Shown piece by piece: positions 1-11,763 of a DNA stretch of 64,000 nt (positions are counted from its first letter, which is position 1; the number at the start of each line of letters is the position of its first letter). The stretch is from the NCBI GenBank assembly GCA_046350775.1, contig JAXLZS010000001.1, positions 90,441-154,440 of the forward strand, written 5' to 3'. The notes under the pieces were generated by a model that was given only the letters and a program-made list of their open reading frames with translations, was not told the DNA's origin and made no database searches. Position numbers and translations under genes: made by a program. This stretch comes from Minisyncoccota bacterium. Lineage in GTDB: Bacteria; Patescibacteriota; Minisyncoccia; Phycocordibacterales; UBA5272.

Positions 1-3000
1 GGAGGATTTTCTGGAACCAATCAGACTTCCAGAACAATCAAGGATTCTTATGCAACAGGAAATTTAACTTTGTCTGGTGGAGCAGGAGGTAATGGTGGCT
101 CTGGTGGAAGTGGTGGAAATGGTGGAAATGGTGTATCTGCCGGTACCGGAGGTAATGGTGGTAATTCAGGAACTGTTGGCGCTGGAACAGTAGGAGGAGT
201 TAAATATGGTGGTGGATTTACTGGCTATAATTTAGGTACAATTAGCAATGTTTATTCTTTAGGTAATGTGTCAGTTATAGGATCAGATGGTGGTGCGGCT
301 GGTAATGGAGGCACAGCTGGTAATGGTGCAAGTGGAGGAATAAGCGGTGCTGGGGGAGTAGGTGGTAATGAAGGAGCTACAGCAGCAGCTGGAGCTGGCG
401 GAGCTTTACATGCTGGAGGATTGATCGGATACAATTTTACAGGAGGTATAGTCCAGTATTCTTGGACTGCTGGCAATACTGTTTTGGCTACAGGTGGATC
501 AGGCGGATCTCCTGGCACAAGAGGTAATGGTGGTAATGGTGGAGCCGGAGGAACTCTTGCTGGTGGAAATGGTGGAACTGGTGTTGCTGGTAGTGCTGGA
601 GGAGCTGGAGGAACAAGTAATGTGGGAGGTTTGATTGGTTCTAATATTACTACAGGTTCTTTAAATACTAGTTACGCATCTACGACTGTTATAGTTATAG
701 GAGGAAATGGCTCGGTTGGTGGTGTTGGAGGAAATGGAGGCTCTGGTGGTGCTGGAGGATCAAGCGGATCAGGAAATGGCGGTACCGGACAAAATGGTTT
801 GATAGGTGGTGCGGGAGGAGCTGGAGGTTTGGTTGTTGCAGGTGGTTTAGTAGGAGATAATACTGGAATAATAACAAACGCTTATTCTAGTGGGAATGTC
901 ACAGCTACAGCCGGAAGTCCTGCTGTTGGTGGTACCGGTGGAAATGGAGGAAACGGAGGAGCTGCTGGAGGTGGAACAGTTGGAGCAAATGGTAGCGGTG
1001 GTAATGGTGGAGCCGGAGGTGCTGGTGCTAGTGCTTATGTCGGTGGACTTTTAGGTAGTCATGCAACTTCTCTCGTTACAAATACCTATTCTACTGGGGT
1101 ACCTTTAGCAAGTAAGACTTCAGGTGCTAATGGTGGTAGTGGAGGATTAAAAGGTGTTGGTGGATCTGGTGGAACTAATGGTAGTACTGGAACCACAGGA
1201 GCTTCCACAGCATTACAATATGCTGGAGGTATAGTGGGTAATCCGGTCAGTGGTACATGGTCTTCTAGTTATTGGAATACCAACACTTCAGGAAAAACTG
1301 ATGGAGCTGGAAATGCTACAACTCCAAGCAACACTTCAGGAAAAACTACTAATCAGATGAAGCAACAATCAACTTTTTCTGGTTGGGATTTTACTAGTTT
1401 TCCAACTTGGAAGATTATGGAGAATACCACATATCCATATTTTAATTATCAGACAGCTCCTGATGCTCCAATTATCGGTACAGCTACCGCTGGAAATGGA
1501 CAAGCAACAATTACATTTACACAGCCTGCAAATATTGGCGGAGCACCTATCACAAGTTATACAGTCACTTCGAATCCTGGCGGATTTACTGCATCAGCAG
1601 GCACTTCTCCAATTACGATTACTGGACTTACAAACGGTACTACATACACATTCACTGTTACTGCAACTAACGCATACGGCACAAGTATTTCTTCTGCTAC
1701 TACAAATTCCGTAACTCCTGCCACTGTTCCTGATGCCCCAACTATTGGTTCAGTAACTGCTGGAAATGGACAAGCAACAGTCATTCACTCCTCCAGTATC
1801 AAATGGAGGATCATCAATCACATATTACACTGTCACTTCAAGTGGAGGACAAACTGCTACAGGTGGATCATCACCAATTACAGTTCTAGGATTAAACAAC
1901 GGTACCACTTACACCTTCACAGTGACAGCTACAAACGTCACAGTTGGTACCAGTACTCCATCTTCTACAAGTAATTCCGTCACTCCTGCCACTGTTCCTG
2001 ATGCTCCAACAGGAGTCACAGCTGTTCGTGGAAATGGAGAGGCTTATATATCATTTACTCCAGGTAACAACGGAGGTTCAACTATTTTGTATTACACTGT
2101 CACTTCAAGTGGAGGACAAACTGCTACAGGTGGATCATCACCAATTACAGTGACAGGTCTTTCAAATGGTTCCTCATACACATTCACTGTTACTGCAACT
2201 AATATTGTAGGTACAAGTTCTTCTTCTACAATTAGTGCCCCAATAACTCCTGCTGTTCCTGATGCTCCAACTATTGGTTCAGTAACTGCTGGAAATGGAC
2301 AAGCAACAGTCACATTCACTCCTCCAGTATCAAATGGTGGATCATCAATCACATATTACACTGTCACTTCAAGTGGAGGACAAACTGCTACAGGTGGATC
2401 ATCACCAATTACAGTTCTAGGATTAAACAACGGTACCACTTACACCTTCACAGTGACAGCTACAAATGCAGTTGGTACCAGTACTCCATCTTCTACAAGT
2501 AATTCCGTCACTCCTGCCACTGTTCCTGATGCTCCAACAGGAGTCACAGCTGTTCGTGGAAATGGAGAAGCTTATATATCATTTACTCCAGGTAACAACG
2601 GAGGTTCAACTATTTTGTATTACACTGTCACTTCAGAGTGGAGGACAAACTGCTACAGGTGGATCATCACCAATTACAGTGACAGGTCTTTCAAATGGTT
2701 CCTCATACACATTCATGACACTGCAACTAATATTGTAGGTACAAGTTCTTCTTCTACAATTAGTGCCCCAATAACTCCTGCCACTGTTCCTGATGCTCCA
2801 ACTATTGGTTCAGTAACTGCTGGAAATGGACAAGCAACAGTCACATTCACTCCTCCAGTATCAAATGGTGGATCATCAATCACATATTACACTGTCACTT
2901 TAGTGGAGGACAAACTGCTACAGGTGGATCATCACCAATTGCAGTTCTAGAGTTAAACAACGGTACCACTTGCACACTTCACAGTGACAGCTACAAATGC

Positions 3001-6000
3001 AGTTGGTACTTGTTACTCATCTTCTACAAGTAATTCCGTAACTCCTGCCACTGTTCCTGATGCCCCAACAGGAGTCACAGCTGTTCGTGGAAATGGAAGC
3101 TTATATATCATTTTACTCCTGGAAACAATGGAGGCTCAACTGTTTTGTATTACACTGTCACTTCAAGTGGAGGACAAACTGCTACAGGTGGATCATCACC
3201 AATTACAGTTCTAGGATTAAACAACGGTACCACTTACACCTTCACAGTGACAGCTACAAGGCCCAAGTCGGCACCAGTACTCCATCTTCTACAAGTAATT
3301 CCGTCACTCCTGCCACTGTTCCTGATGCTCCAACTATTGGTTCAGTAACTGCTGGAAATGGACAAGCAACAGTCACATTCACTCCTCCAGTATCAAATGG
3401 AGGATCATCAATCACATATTACACTGTCACTTCAAGTGGAGGACAAACTGCTACAGGTGGATCATCACCAATTACAGTTCTAGGATTAAACAACGGTACC
3501 ACTTACACCTTTACAGTGACAGCTACAAATGCAGTTGGTACCAGTACTCCATCTTCTACAAGTAATTCCATCCTCCTGCCACTGTTCCTGATGCTCCAAC
3601 TATTGGTTCAGTAACTGCTGGAAATGGACAAGCAACAGTCACATTCACTCCTCCAGTATCAAATGGTGGATCATCAATCACATATTACACTGTCACTTCA
3701 AGTGGAGGACAAACTGCTACAGGTGGATCATCACCAATTACAGTTCTAGGATTAAACAACGGTACCACTTACACCTTCACAGTGACAGCTACAAATGCAG
3801 TTGGTACCAGTACTCCATCTTCTACAAGTAATTCCGTCACTCCTGCCACTGTTCCTGATGCTCCAACAGGAGTCACAGCTGTTCGTGGAAATGGAGAAGC
3901 ATATATCATTTACTCCAGGTAACAACGGAGGTTCAACTATTTTGTATTACACTGTCACTTCAAGTGGAGGACAAACTGCTACAGGTGGATCATCACCAAT
4001 TACAGTGACAGGTCTTTCAAATGGTTCTCATACACATTCTGTTACTGCAACTAATATTGTGGGTACAAGTTCTTCTTCTACAATTAGTGCCCCAATAACT
4101 CCTGCCACTGTTCCTGATGCTCCAACTATTGGTTCAGTAACTGCTGGAAATGGACAAGCAACAGTCACATTCACTCCTCCAGTATCAAATGGTGGATCAT
4201 CAATCACATATTACACTGTCACTTCAAGTGGAGGACAAACTGCTACAGGTGGATCATCACCAATTACAGTTCTAGGATTAAACAACAGTACCACTTACAC
4301 CTTTACAGTGACAGCTACAAATGCAGTCGGCACCAGTACTCCATCTTCTACAAGTAATTCCGTCACTCCTGCCACTGTTCCTGATGCTCCAACTATTGGT
4401 TCAGTAACTGCTGGAAATGGACAAGCAACAGTCACATTCATACTCAGTATCAAATGGTGGATCATCAATCACATATTACACTGTCACTTCAAGTGGAGGA
4501 CAAACTGCTACAGGTGGATCATCACCAATTACAGTTCTAGGATTAAACAACGGTACCACTTACACCTTCACAGTGACAGCTACAAATGCAGTTGGTACCA
4601 GTACTCCATCTTCTACAAGTAATTCCGTCACTCCTGCCACTGTTCCTGATGCTCCAACAGGAGTCACAGCTGTTCGTGGAAATGGAGAAGCTTATATATG
4701 TTTACTCCAGGTAACAACGGAGGTTCAACTATTTTGTATTACACTGTCACTTCAAGTGGAGGACAAACTGCTGAGTGGATCATCACCAATTACAGTGACA
4801 GGTCTTTCAAATGGTTCCTCATACACATTCACTGTTACTGCAACTAATATTGTAGGTACAAGTTCTTCTTCTACAATTAGTGCCCCAATAACTCCTGCCA
4901 CTGTTCCTGATGCTCCAACTATTGGTTCAGTAACTGCTGGAAATGGACAAGCAACAGTCACATTCACTCCTCCAGTATCAAATGGTGGATCATCAATCAC
5001 ATATTACACTGTCACTTCAAGTGGAGGACAAACTGCTACAGGTGGATCATCACCAATTACAGTTCTAGGATTAAACAACGGTACCACTTACACCTTTACA
5101 GTGACAGCTACAAATGCAGTTGGTACCAGTACTCCATCTTCTACAAAGTAATTCCGTAACTCCTGCCACTGTTCCTGATGCCCCAACAGGAGTCACAGCT
5201 GTTCGTGGAAATGGAGAAGCTTATATATCATTTACTCCTGGAAACAATGGAGGCTCAACTGTTTTGTATTACACTGTCACTTCAAGTGGAGGACAAACTG
5301 CTACAGGTGGATCATCACCAATTACAGTTCTAGGATTAAACAACGGTACCACTTACACCTTCACAGTGACAGCTACAAATGCAGTCGGCACCAGTACTCC
5401 ATCTTCTACAAGTAATTCCGTCACTCCTGCCACTGTTCCTGATGCTCCAACTATTGGTTCAGTAACTGCTGGAAATGGACAAGCAACAGTCACATTCACT
5501 CCTCCAGTATCAAATGGTGGATCATCAATCACATATTACACTGTCACTTCAAGTGGAGGACAAACTGCTACAGGTGGATCATCACCAATTACAGTTCTAG
5601 GATTAAACAACGGTACCACTTACACCTTCACAGTGACAGCTACAAATGCAGTCGGCACCAGTACTCCATCTTCTACAAGTAATTCCGTAACTCCTGCCAC
5701 TGTTCCTGATGCCCCAACTATTGGTTCAGTAACTGCTGGAAATGGACAAGCAACAGTCACATTCACTCCTCCAGTATCAAATGGAGGATCATCAATCACA
5801 TATTACACTGTCACTTCAAGTGGAGGACAAACTGCTACAGGTGGATCATCACCAATTACAGTTCTAGGATTAAACAACGGTACCACTTACACCTTTACAG
5901 TGACAGCTACAAATGCAGTTGGTACCAGTACTCCATCTTCTACAAGTAATTCCGTCACTCCTGCCACTGTTCCTGATGCTCCAACAGGAGTCACAGCTGT

Positions 6001-7675
6001 TCGTGGAAATGGAGAAGCTTATATATCATTTACTCCAGGTAACAACGGAGGTTCAACTATTTTGTATTACACTGTCACTTCAAGTGGAGGACAAACTGCT
6101 ACAGGTGGATCATCACCAATTACAGTGACAGGTCTTTCAAATGGTTCCTCATACACATTCACTGTTACTGCAACTAATATTGTAGGTACAAGTTCTTCTT
6201 CTACAATTAGTGCCCCAATAACTCCTGCCACTGTTCCTGATGCTCCAACTATTGGTTCAGTAACTGCTGGAAATGGACAAGCAACAGTCACATTCACTCC
6301 TCCAGTATCAAATGGTGGATCATCAATCACATATTACACTGTCACTTCAAGTGGAGGACAAACTGCTACAGGTGGATCATCACCAATTACAGTTCTAGGA
6401 TTAAACAACGGTACCACTTACACCTTTACAGTGACAGCTACAAATGCAGTTGGTACCAGTACTCCATCTTCTACAAGTAATTCCGTCACTCCTGCCACTG
6501 TTCCTGATGCTCCAACTAATGTTGCTGGAACTATTGGAAATGGAAGTGTTAGTGTTTCTTGGTCAGCTCCAGCTTCAAATGGAGGATCTCCTATAATTTT
6601 GTACACTGTCACAGCTAGTCCTGGAGGACAAACTGCTACTTCAACTGCTACAAATTTGACGATGACAGGATTAAACAATGGTACCACTTACACCTTTACA
6701 GTGACAGCTACAAATATTTACGGTACCAGTGTTTCTTCTGGTTCGAGTGCGGGTCTGACTCCAGCCGATGTTCCTGGTACTCCTACAAACTTGGCTGCGG
6801 TCGTAAGAGACTCTAGTATAGATCTTTCTTGGACAGCTCCAGCTTCAAATGGAGGTTCACCTTTAATTGATTATGTTATTCAATATAAACTTACAACAGG
6901 TGGGACTTGGACAACATTTGCTGACGGTATAAGTACTGTACCTGCTGTGACGATCACAAGTTTATCAAACAACAATTCTTATGACTTTCGTGTTTATGCA
7001 AAAAATATTGTAGGAACAAGTTCTCCTTCTACTCAAGTCAGTGCCGCTCCTGGTGCTCCAGCACAAGTTTTGATTCAGAGTTTCAGTAATTTGACTACAC
7101 CAAACATAGCTACTTTGGTACGTATTACAAATGAAGGTTCTGTCGCTTATGAGTACACATATACATGGTGTGTTACGAATTCTTCTACGAATACTTGTGG
7201 AGGAGGAGACGACATCTTCAGTTCTACTGCTGCAAAATTGATTCAGCCTGGAGCGAATTTTGACACAACATTGACTTCAACAGTGCCGACAGCTGGTAAT
7301 TATTTCTTCCATATAAATGTTCAATTTGGATCTGATTCTTCAACAGCTAAACAATCATTTACAGCTACAACAGTTACCACTCCAGTGACTCCACCAAGTG
7401 GGGGTGGAGGAGGTGGTGGCGGTGGAGGGGGAGGTTCTCCTTTACCGGTAGTTGATGTGCCTGCCACAAACACTTCTTGTATCGGAGCAGATTTCAATCA
7501 TGATGGAAAAGTAAACTCTGTAGACTTTTCAATTATGTTAGCATTTTGGAAGACAGCTTATCCATTCAAAAATGCTTGTGTGGATATAAACAAGGATAAA
7601 CAAGTAAACTCTGTAGACTTTTCAATTCTACTTTATCAATGGGGAAAAGATCCTGTATTATTTAAAAAAGATTAA
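1..7675 (+). CDS. Giant surface protein/adhesin: Gly-rich GLUG repeats, ~21 FN3 domains, Ig-like domain, C-terminal dockerin; 5' end outside window; many frameshifts between ~1780 and ~5146
   Basis: Frame 1 is open from base 1 (GGFSGTNQTSRTIKDSYATGN). GGLIGxN/SYAxGNV GLUG motifs; repeated PDAP..GNG.A..F.P...GGS.I.YYTVT...GL.NGT.Y.F.V.A.N..G FN3 units across ORFs 70, 1766, 3060, 3795, 4417 and 5114; ends with DFNHDGKVNSVDF and DINKDKQVNSVDF. Confidence 0.85.
1729..6502 (+). repeat. Tandem array of 18 near-identical FN3-coding units (type A 267 nt, type B 264 nt, hybrid B')
   Basis: Units begin CCTGATGC(T/C)CCAAC at ~1729, 1997, 2258, 2526, 2789, 3056, 3321, 3587, 3854, 4113, 4380, 4645, 4905, 5174, 5438, 5705, 5972, 6236. 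Confidence 0.9.
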
Positions 7676-7687
7676 TAAACAATAATT

Positions 7688-8308
7688 ATGAATAAAAAAT
7701 ATTTATTATATATAATGTTTACATTTATTGGATTAAAATTATTTTTCTTACCACAAAATATTTTTGCGGCAGAATTAAATTTTAAAATCCTATCAGACAA
7801 AAGTTCAGATCCAGCTTCTAAAGTAGTCGAAGTACGCATAGATCCAAAAGGAAAAATGTTAAATGTTATAGATGGTGTTATATCTTTTGACGGATCAGGT
7901 TCAGACAATCTTTATGTGCAAGTTGAAAATGGAAATTCTATTCTATCTCTTTGGCCTACGCCACCAATTTACGATAAAGATAGTAAATCTATCCATTTTA
8001 TAGGTGGAATTCCAAATGGATTTGATAAAGAAGGCTTACTTTTTGTCTTAAAGATAGATCAAAAGTCCGCAGGCGATTTATCAGTTTTATTTTCAAACGG
8101 TTTTGCTTATTTAAATGACGGTAAAGGCACTCAAGAAAATATTTCTTCTAGTCCTCTTGCTATTAGTGGGAATCTTGTTAAGACTGGAAAAGTTTTTGAG
8201 ATCAATAAAAAAATTATTAACATAAAAGATGTTATAATAATTTTATCTGTTATAGTCATAGCTATTTTTACAATTTTTTATGTATATAAAAAAAATATTA
8301 AAAAATAA
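7688..8308 (+). CDS. Cohesin-like domain protein with signal peptide and C-terminal TM anchor
   Basis: Signal peptide; VEVRID..LNVIDGVISF..GNSILSLWPTPP..IHFIGGIPNGF..AYLNDGKGT pattern; hydrophobic C-terminus followed by KK. Confidence 0.7.
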   Translation: MNKKYLLYIMFTFIGLKLFFLPQNIFAAELNFKILSDKSSDPASKVVEVRIDPKGKMLNVIDGVISFDGSGSDNLYVQVENGNSILSLWPTPPIYDKDSKSIHFIGGIPNGFDKEGLLFVLKIDQKSAGDLSVLFSNGFAYLNDGKGTQENISSSPLAISGNLVKTGKVFEINKKIINIKDVIIILSVIVIAIFTIFYVYKKNIKK

Positions 8309-9995
8309 AATATTCTTCATTAGGACAATATTATTTTTTATTTTTGTTTTTTCTTCATGTCTTTATACTGAGGCCGCGATTCTAAAAATAAATTCAAATG
8401 TTTCCACTCTTTCAGTTGGTGACACTGCTACTATAAGTGTATTTTTAAATTCTGAAGGTTTTGCTGTCAATAATGTAGAAGCAGTTTTGCAATATCCTAC
8501 CGATATGCTTGATGTCTTATCTGTCAGCAAGAGTAGTTCTATATTTTCTCTCTGGGTAGAAGACCCTGCTTTTTCAAACAATTCAGGTACTATAACATTC
8601 AATGGAGGATTACCTACTCCAGGATATAGTGGATCACAAGGATTAGTTGTGACTTTTGTTGTCAAAGCCAAAAAAGCCGGATCTGCTAATATTTCTTTTT
8701 CTAGTGCTGCCGCCAGAGCAAATGATGGTCTTGGTACAGATGTTTTAAATAGTAAAACAGGTAAAACTCTCACAATAAATGAATCCTTAAAACCAGTCGT
8801 AGAAGAGACGAAGCCTACTACTCCTACCACGACTCAGACTTCTACTTCTATACAGATAACTTCAACTTCTCATCCAGATCAAGATAGTTGGTATAAAGAT
8901 AATACGCCTACATTTAAGTGGAATATACCTTCAGGAGCTAATGCAGTTCAGACAACTATAGACAACAATACTTCTGGAGTACCACATGTCACTTATAGTC
9001 CAGCAATAGATAGTAAAACTGTAGACAAAGTAAAAGATGGAGTTTGGTATTTTAAGGTGCGTGCTCGCAAAGATGGTGTTTGGGGATCGACAAGTAAATA
9101 TATAGTCAGAGTTGATACCGTCGCTCCACAATTAAAATCTACTTCTTTTGATTACGATGATAAATCAAAAATTTTAAGTATAAATGTAGACGCTCAAGAT
9201 TCTACTTCTGGTATAGATCATTATGATGTCATAATTAATAATGTTTTAATAAAGAGTATTTCAGCAAAAGATTTTGTAAATGGAAAGTATTCTCTACCTT
9301 TCAGTAACTCAGGAAGTAATAAAGTAAAATTGGTCGTATATGATAAAGCTGGCAACAGTGTAGAATCCGATACTTCTTCATTTGAATCTACAAGTTCTAT
9401 AGCTCCAAAACTTAATGATATTCCAAGTCTAGTATCTGCTAATGAAAATCTGATAGTCAGCGGCTCTATACAAAGTGCAAATACTAATCTTTTAGTCAAA
9501 TTTAGAAAAGATGAAGGACAAGAAATAATTCTAGAAGTAAAATCAAATGCAAATGGAGATTTCTTAGTCTTATTACCTAAATTGGAGTCTGGTAATTATG
9601 AAATCTGGGCAGAATCTATTAACGGAGCTCAGTCTGAACATATAAATACAAAAGCTATATCACAAACTATAGTCACTATAGGTAGCTACAGCTTTACTTT
9701 GCTTTACTTGATTATTGTGGTTTTAGTTTTGATGATATTATCTTTCTACTTTGGACACTATCTGACCATAAAATTGAGACCTAGACGCAGACAGAGATCC
9801 AGACCTCTATCAGCAAGAAGAGATCATTCTAGGACTCTAAGTCTATTAAAGAAAAATCTTGAGAGACATTTAGAGATATTGCAAAATATTAGACATGATC
9901 GTCTTTTGACTAAAGAAGAAAGAGAGATGAAAGAAAATATAGAAGGCGGTCTCGATGAGATAGATCAAGTATTATTAAAAGGGGATAATAAATAA
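8280..9995 (+). CDS. Cohesin domain plus Ig-like domains, membrane anchored, with cytoplasmic helical tail
   Basis: SVGDT..V.LNS..VNNVEAVLQYP..L.V.SVS..SSIFSLWVEDP..GTITFNGGLPTPGY..ANDGLGT; Ig-like DTVAP..SGIDHY..YDKAGN; TM helix near aa 470-495. Confidence 0.8.
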   Translation: MYIKKILKNKIFFIRTILFFIFVFSSCLYTEAAILKINSNVSTLSVGDTATISVFLNSEGFAVNNVEAVLQYPTDMLDVLSVSKSSSIFSLWVEDPAFSNNSGTITFNGGLPTPGYSGSQGLVVTFVVKAKKAGSANISFSSAAARANDGLGTDVLNSKTGKTLTINESLKPVVEETKPTTPTTTQTSTSIQITSTSHPDQDSWYKDNTPTFKWNIPSGANAVQTTIDNNTSGVPHVTYSPAIDSKTVDKVKDGVWYFKVRARKDGVWGSTSKYIVRVDTVAPQLKSTSFDYDDKSKILSINVDAQDSTSGIDHYDVIINNVLIKSISAKDFVNGKYSLPFSNSGSNKVKLVVYDKAGNSVESDTSSFESTSSIAPKLNDIPSLVSANENLIVSGSIQSANTNLLVKFRKDEGQEIILEVKSNANGDFLVLLPKLESGNYEIWAESINGAQSEHINTKAISQTIVTIGSYSFTLLYLIIVVLVLMILSFYFGHYLTIKLRPRRRQRSRPLSARRDHSRTLSLLKKNLERHLEILQNIRHDRLLTKEEREMKENIEGGLDEIDQVLLKGDNK

Positions 9996-10005
9996 AAATA
10001 TTTTC

Positions 10006-10044
10006 AAAGAAAAATAGATATCCTACGATATCTATTTTTCTTTT
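10006..10044 (+). terminator. Intrinsic terminator
   Basis: AAAGAAAAATAGATA-loop-TATCTATTTTTCTTT. Confidence 0.7.
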
Positions 10045-10148
10045 GCCTGTCAACAATGTCTTTTTATTTTTTGGTGTATAATATATTTATATAAAAATTT
10101 ATTTTTTAATTGATAATTTAAATCTAAATTTATTAGATATTTTATTTT

Positions 10149-10781
10149 ATGGACTTTATAGGTCATTCAATGTTGGTTTCAAGTGGATTAGGATCTTTTT
10201 GGAGCTATTTGATAATACTTTTTTTAGCTTTCTTGGATACAGTATTTGTGATCGGTACTATTTTCCCTGGTAGCCTCATGGTCATGGGTATTGGATTTTT
10301 AGCGGCCTTTTCGGTTTTAAATGTTTGGGTTTGTCTTTTCTTTGTGGTGCTTGGCGGACTATGCGGTGACGCATTGACTTATTTTTTTGGAACTCATGGC
10401 ACAAATTGGTTTAAAAATGAAAGTAAATTATTAAAGTTTACTTATCTTAAAAAAGGTCAAGATTTTTTTGAAAAGCATGGAGACAAAAGTATTGTCCTTG
10501 GCAGATTTATGGGAGTTATAAAAGCCGTCGTACCTTTTGTGGCAGGACTTGTGCGTATGGATTTTAAGAAGTTTATTTATTTAAATCTTATTTCAGGGTT
10601 TATCTGGGCTGTACTTTATTTGGGTCTCGGATTCTTTTTGGGAGTGTCTATGGATAGATTTGTCGTGCCAAAAGATTTAAAAATCTTGATAGTTGCTTTA
10701 CCTTTTGTCATCTTTTTTGTTTGGATTATATTTGAATCTAGGACAAAATTATTTAAAGCAGTCAAAAGATTTTTCCGTTAA
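10149..10781 (+). CDS. DedA family membrane protein
   Basis: IFPGS..GD.LTYFFG..FFEKHG...I.LGRF..VPFVAG..M.F..F...N motifs. Confidence 0.9.
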   Translation: MDFIGHSMLVSSGLGSFWSYLIILFLAFLDTVFVIGTIFPGSLMVMGIGFLAAFSVLNVWVCLFFVVLGGLCGDALTYFFGTHGTNWFKNESKLLKFTYLKKGQDFFEKHGDKSIVLGRFMGVIKAVVPFVAGLVRMDFKKFIYLNLISGFIWAVLYLGLGFFLGVSMDRFVVPKDLKILIVALPFVIFFVWIIFESRTKLFKAVKRFFR

Positions 10782-10789
10782 TTTTATAA

Positions 10790-11716
10790 TTAATCTTTTA
10801 CTATCACTGTCGTACCAATATCTGCCCAATTGTATATTATTTCGGCTTCTTGTGGATTTAAATTTACACAGCCATGAGACCATTGTGTCCCAAAGCTATT
10901 GTGCCAATAGGCTCCATGTATAGCTGCTCCTTGATCTGTAAAATACATAGTCCAAGGTACTCCTGGCAGATCATAGTATTGATCAGATATACCAGGTAGA
11001 GGCCCTTGCATATATCTGCTCGGTGTCTTTTCAAATATATGAAAAGTTCCTCTTGGAGTTGGTAGATCGCTCAGTCCAGATGAGATATATGTCTCCATAA
11101 AGATATTGTCTCCATCATAAGCGTAGAGTTTTTGTTCACTTAGTTTTACTATTATTTTTTTATTAGTTGAGATTTTTGAGGCTTTGCCACTTGTTATTTT
11201 TTCTTTATAGCTTTGTATTGGTTCTAGATATTCTGATGAAATATACCAATCTTTGGCTGTTCTCTCTGGATATCTGACCCACTCTGAAAATATTATATGA
11301 TACCAATCTATCCCGTCAGAATGTATCACTTCTCCATTTGTTTCCAGTATCATGTTGTCTCTCAGATTGGCTATGGTAGGACATGAGAGACCAGGGCAAG
11401 ATCGAGCTCGCACACAAGATCCACCAAAATGTACATCGCAACTATTTATTATTTTTACGTATTCATGATTTGTAGTTTCTATTTTTACTCCATTATTTTT
11501 TGTTGTGATATCAGGGGTGGAAGATGAGACAGGATTATATGTAGTTGTAGGATTATCTATATTTAAATATTTAAAATCAGAATAGACTTCTTGATTTTTT
11601 ATTTCTTCTTTTAGTATTTTTTCTTTACTGATAGATTGAAAATATCCTGCTAAGATTAAAAGTAAAACTAGCAAAAGTGTTATGTTTATAAAAGTATAGC
11701 TGGATATTTTTCTCAT
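10790..11716 (-). CDS. L,D-transpeptidase (YkuD family) with SH3-like domain
   Basis: I.V.LSEQKLYAY, TPRGTF, AIHGAYWHNSFGTQWSHGCVNL catalytic motif. Confidence 0.9.
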   Translation of the reverse strand: MRKISSYTFINITLLLVLLLILAGYFQSISKEKILKEEIKNQEVYSDFKYLNIDNPTTTYNPVSSSTPDITTKNNGVKIETTNHEYVKIINSCDVHFGGSCVRARSCPGLSCPTIANLRDNMILETNGEVIHSDGIDWYHIIFSEWVRYPERTAKDWYISSEYLEPIQSYKEKITSGKASKISTNKKIIVKLSEQKLYAYDGDNIFMETYISSGLSDLPTPRGTFHIFEKTPSRYMQGPLPGISDQYYDLPGVPWTMYFTDQGAAIHGAYWHNSFGTQWSHGCVNLNPQEAEIIYNWADIGTTVIVKD

Positions 11717-11763
11717 GCTATTATTTTAGCATTTTTATTTAGCAAAAAAATATTTGTTAAATA

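Noticed and set aside
1463-5151. Separate genes for each ORF fragment, or programmed frameshifting
   Set aside because: Fragments are frame-hopping pieces of one FN3 array; indels fall at inconsistent, non-slippery positions.
1729-6502. CRISPR array or DGR template/variable repeats
   Set aside because: Repeats are 264-267 nt contiguous coding units with no spacers; differences are not adenine-specific; no cas or reverse transcriptase genes in the window.
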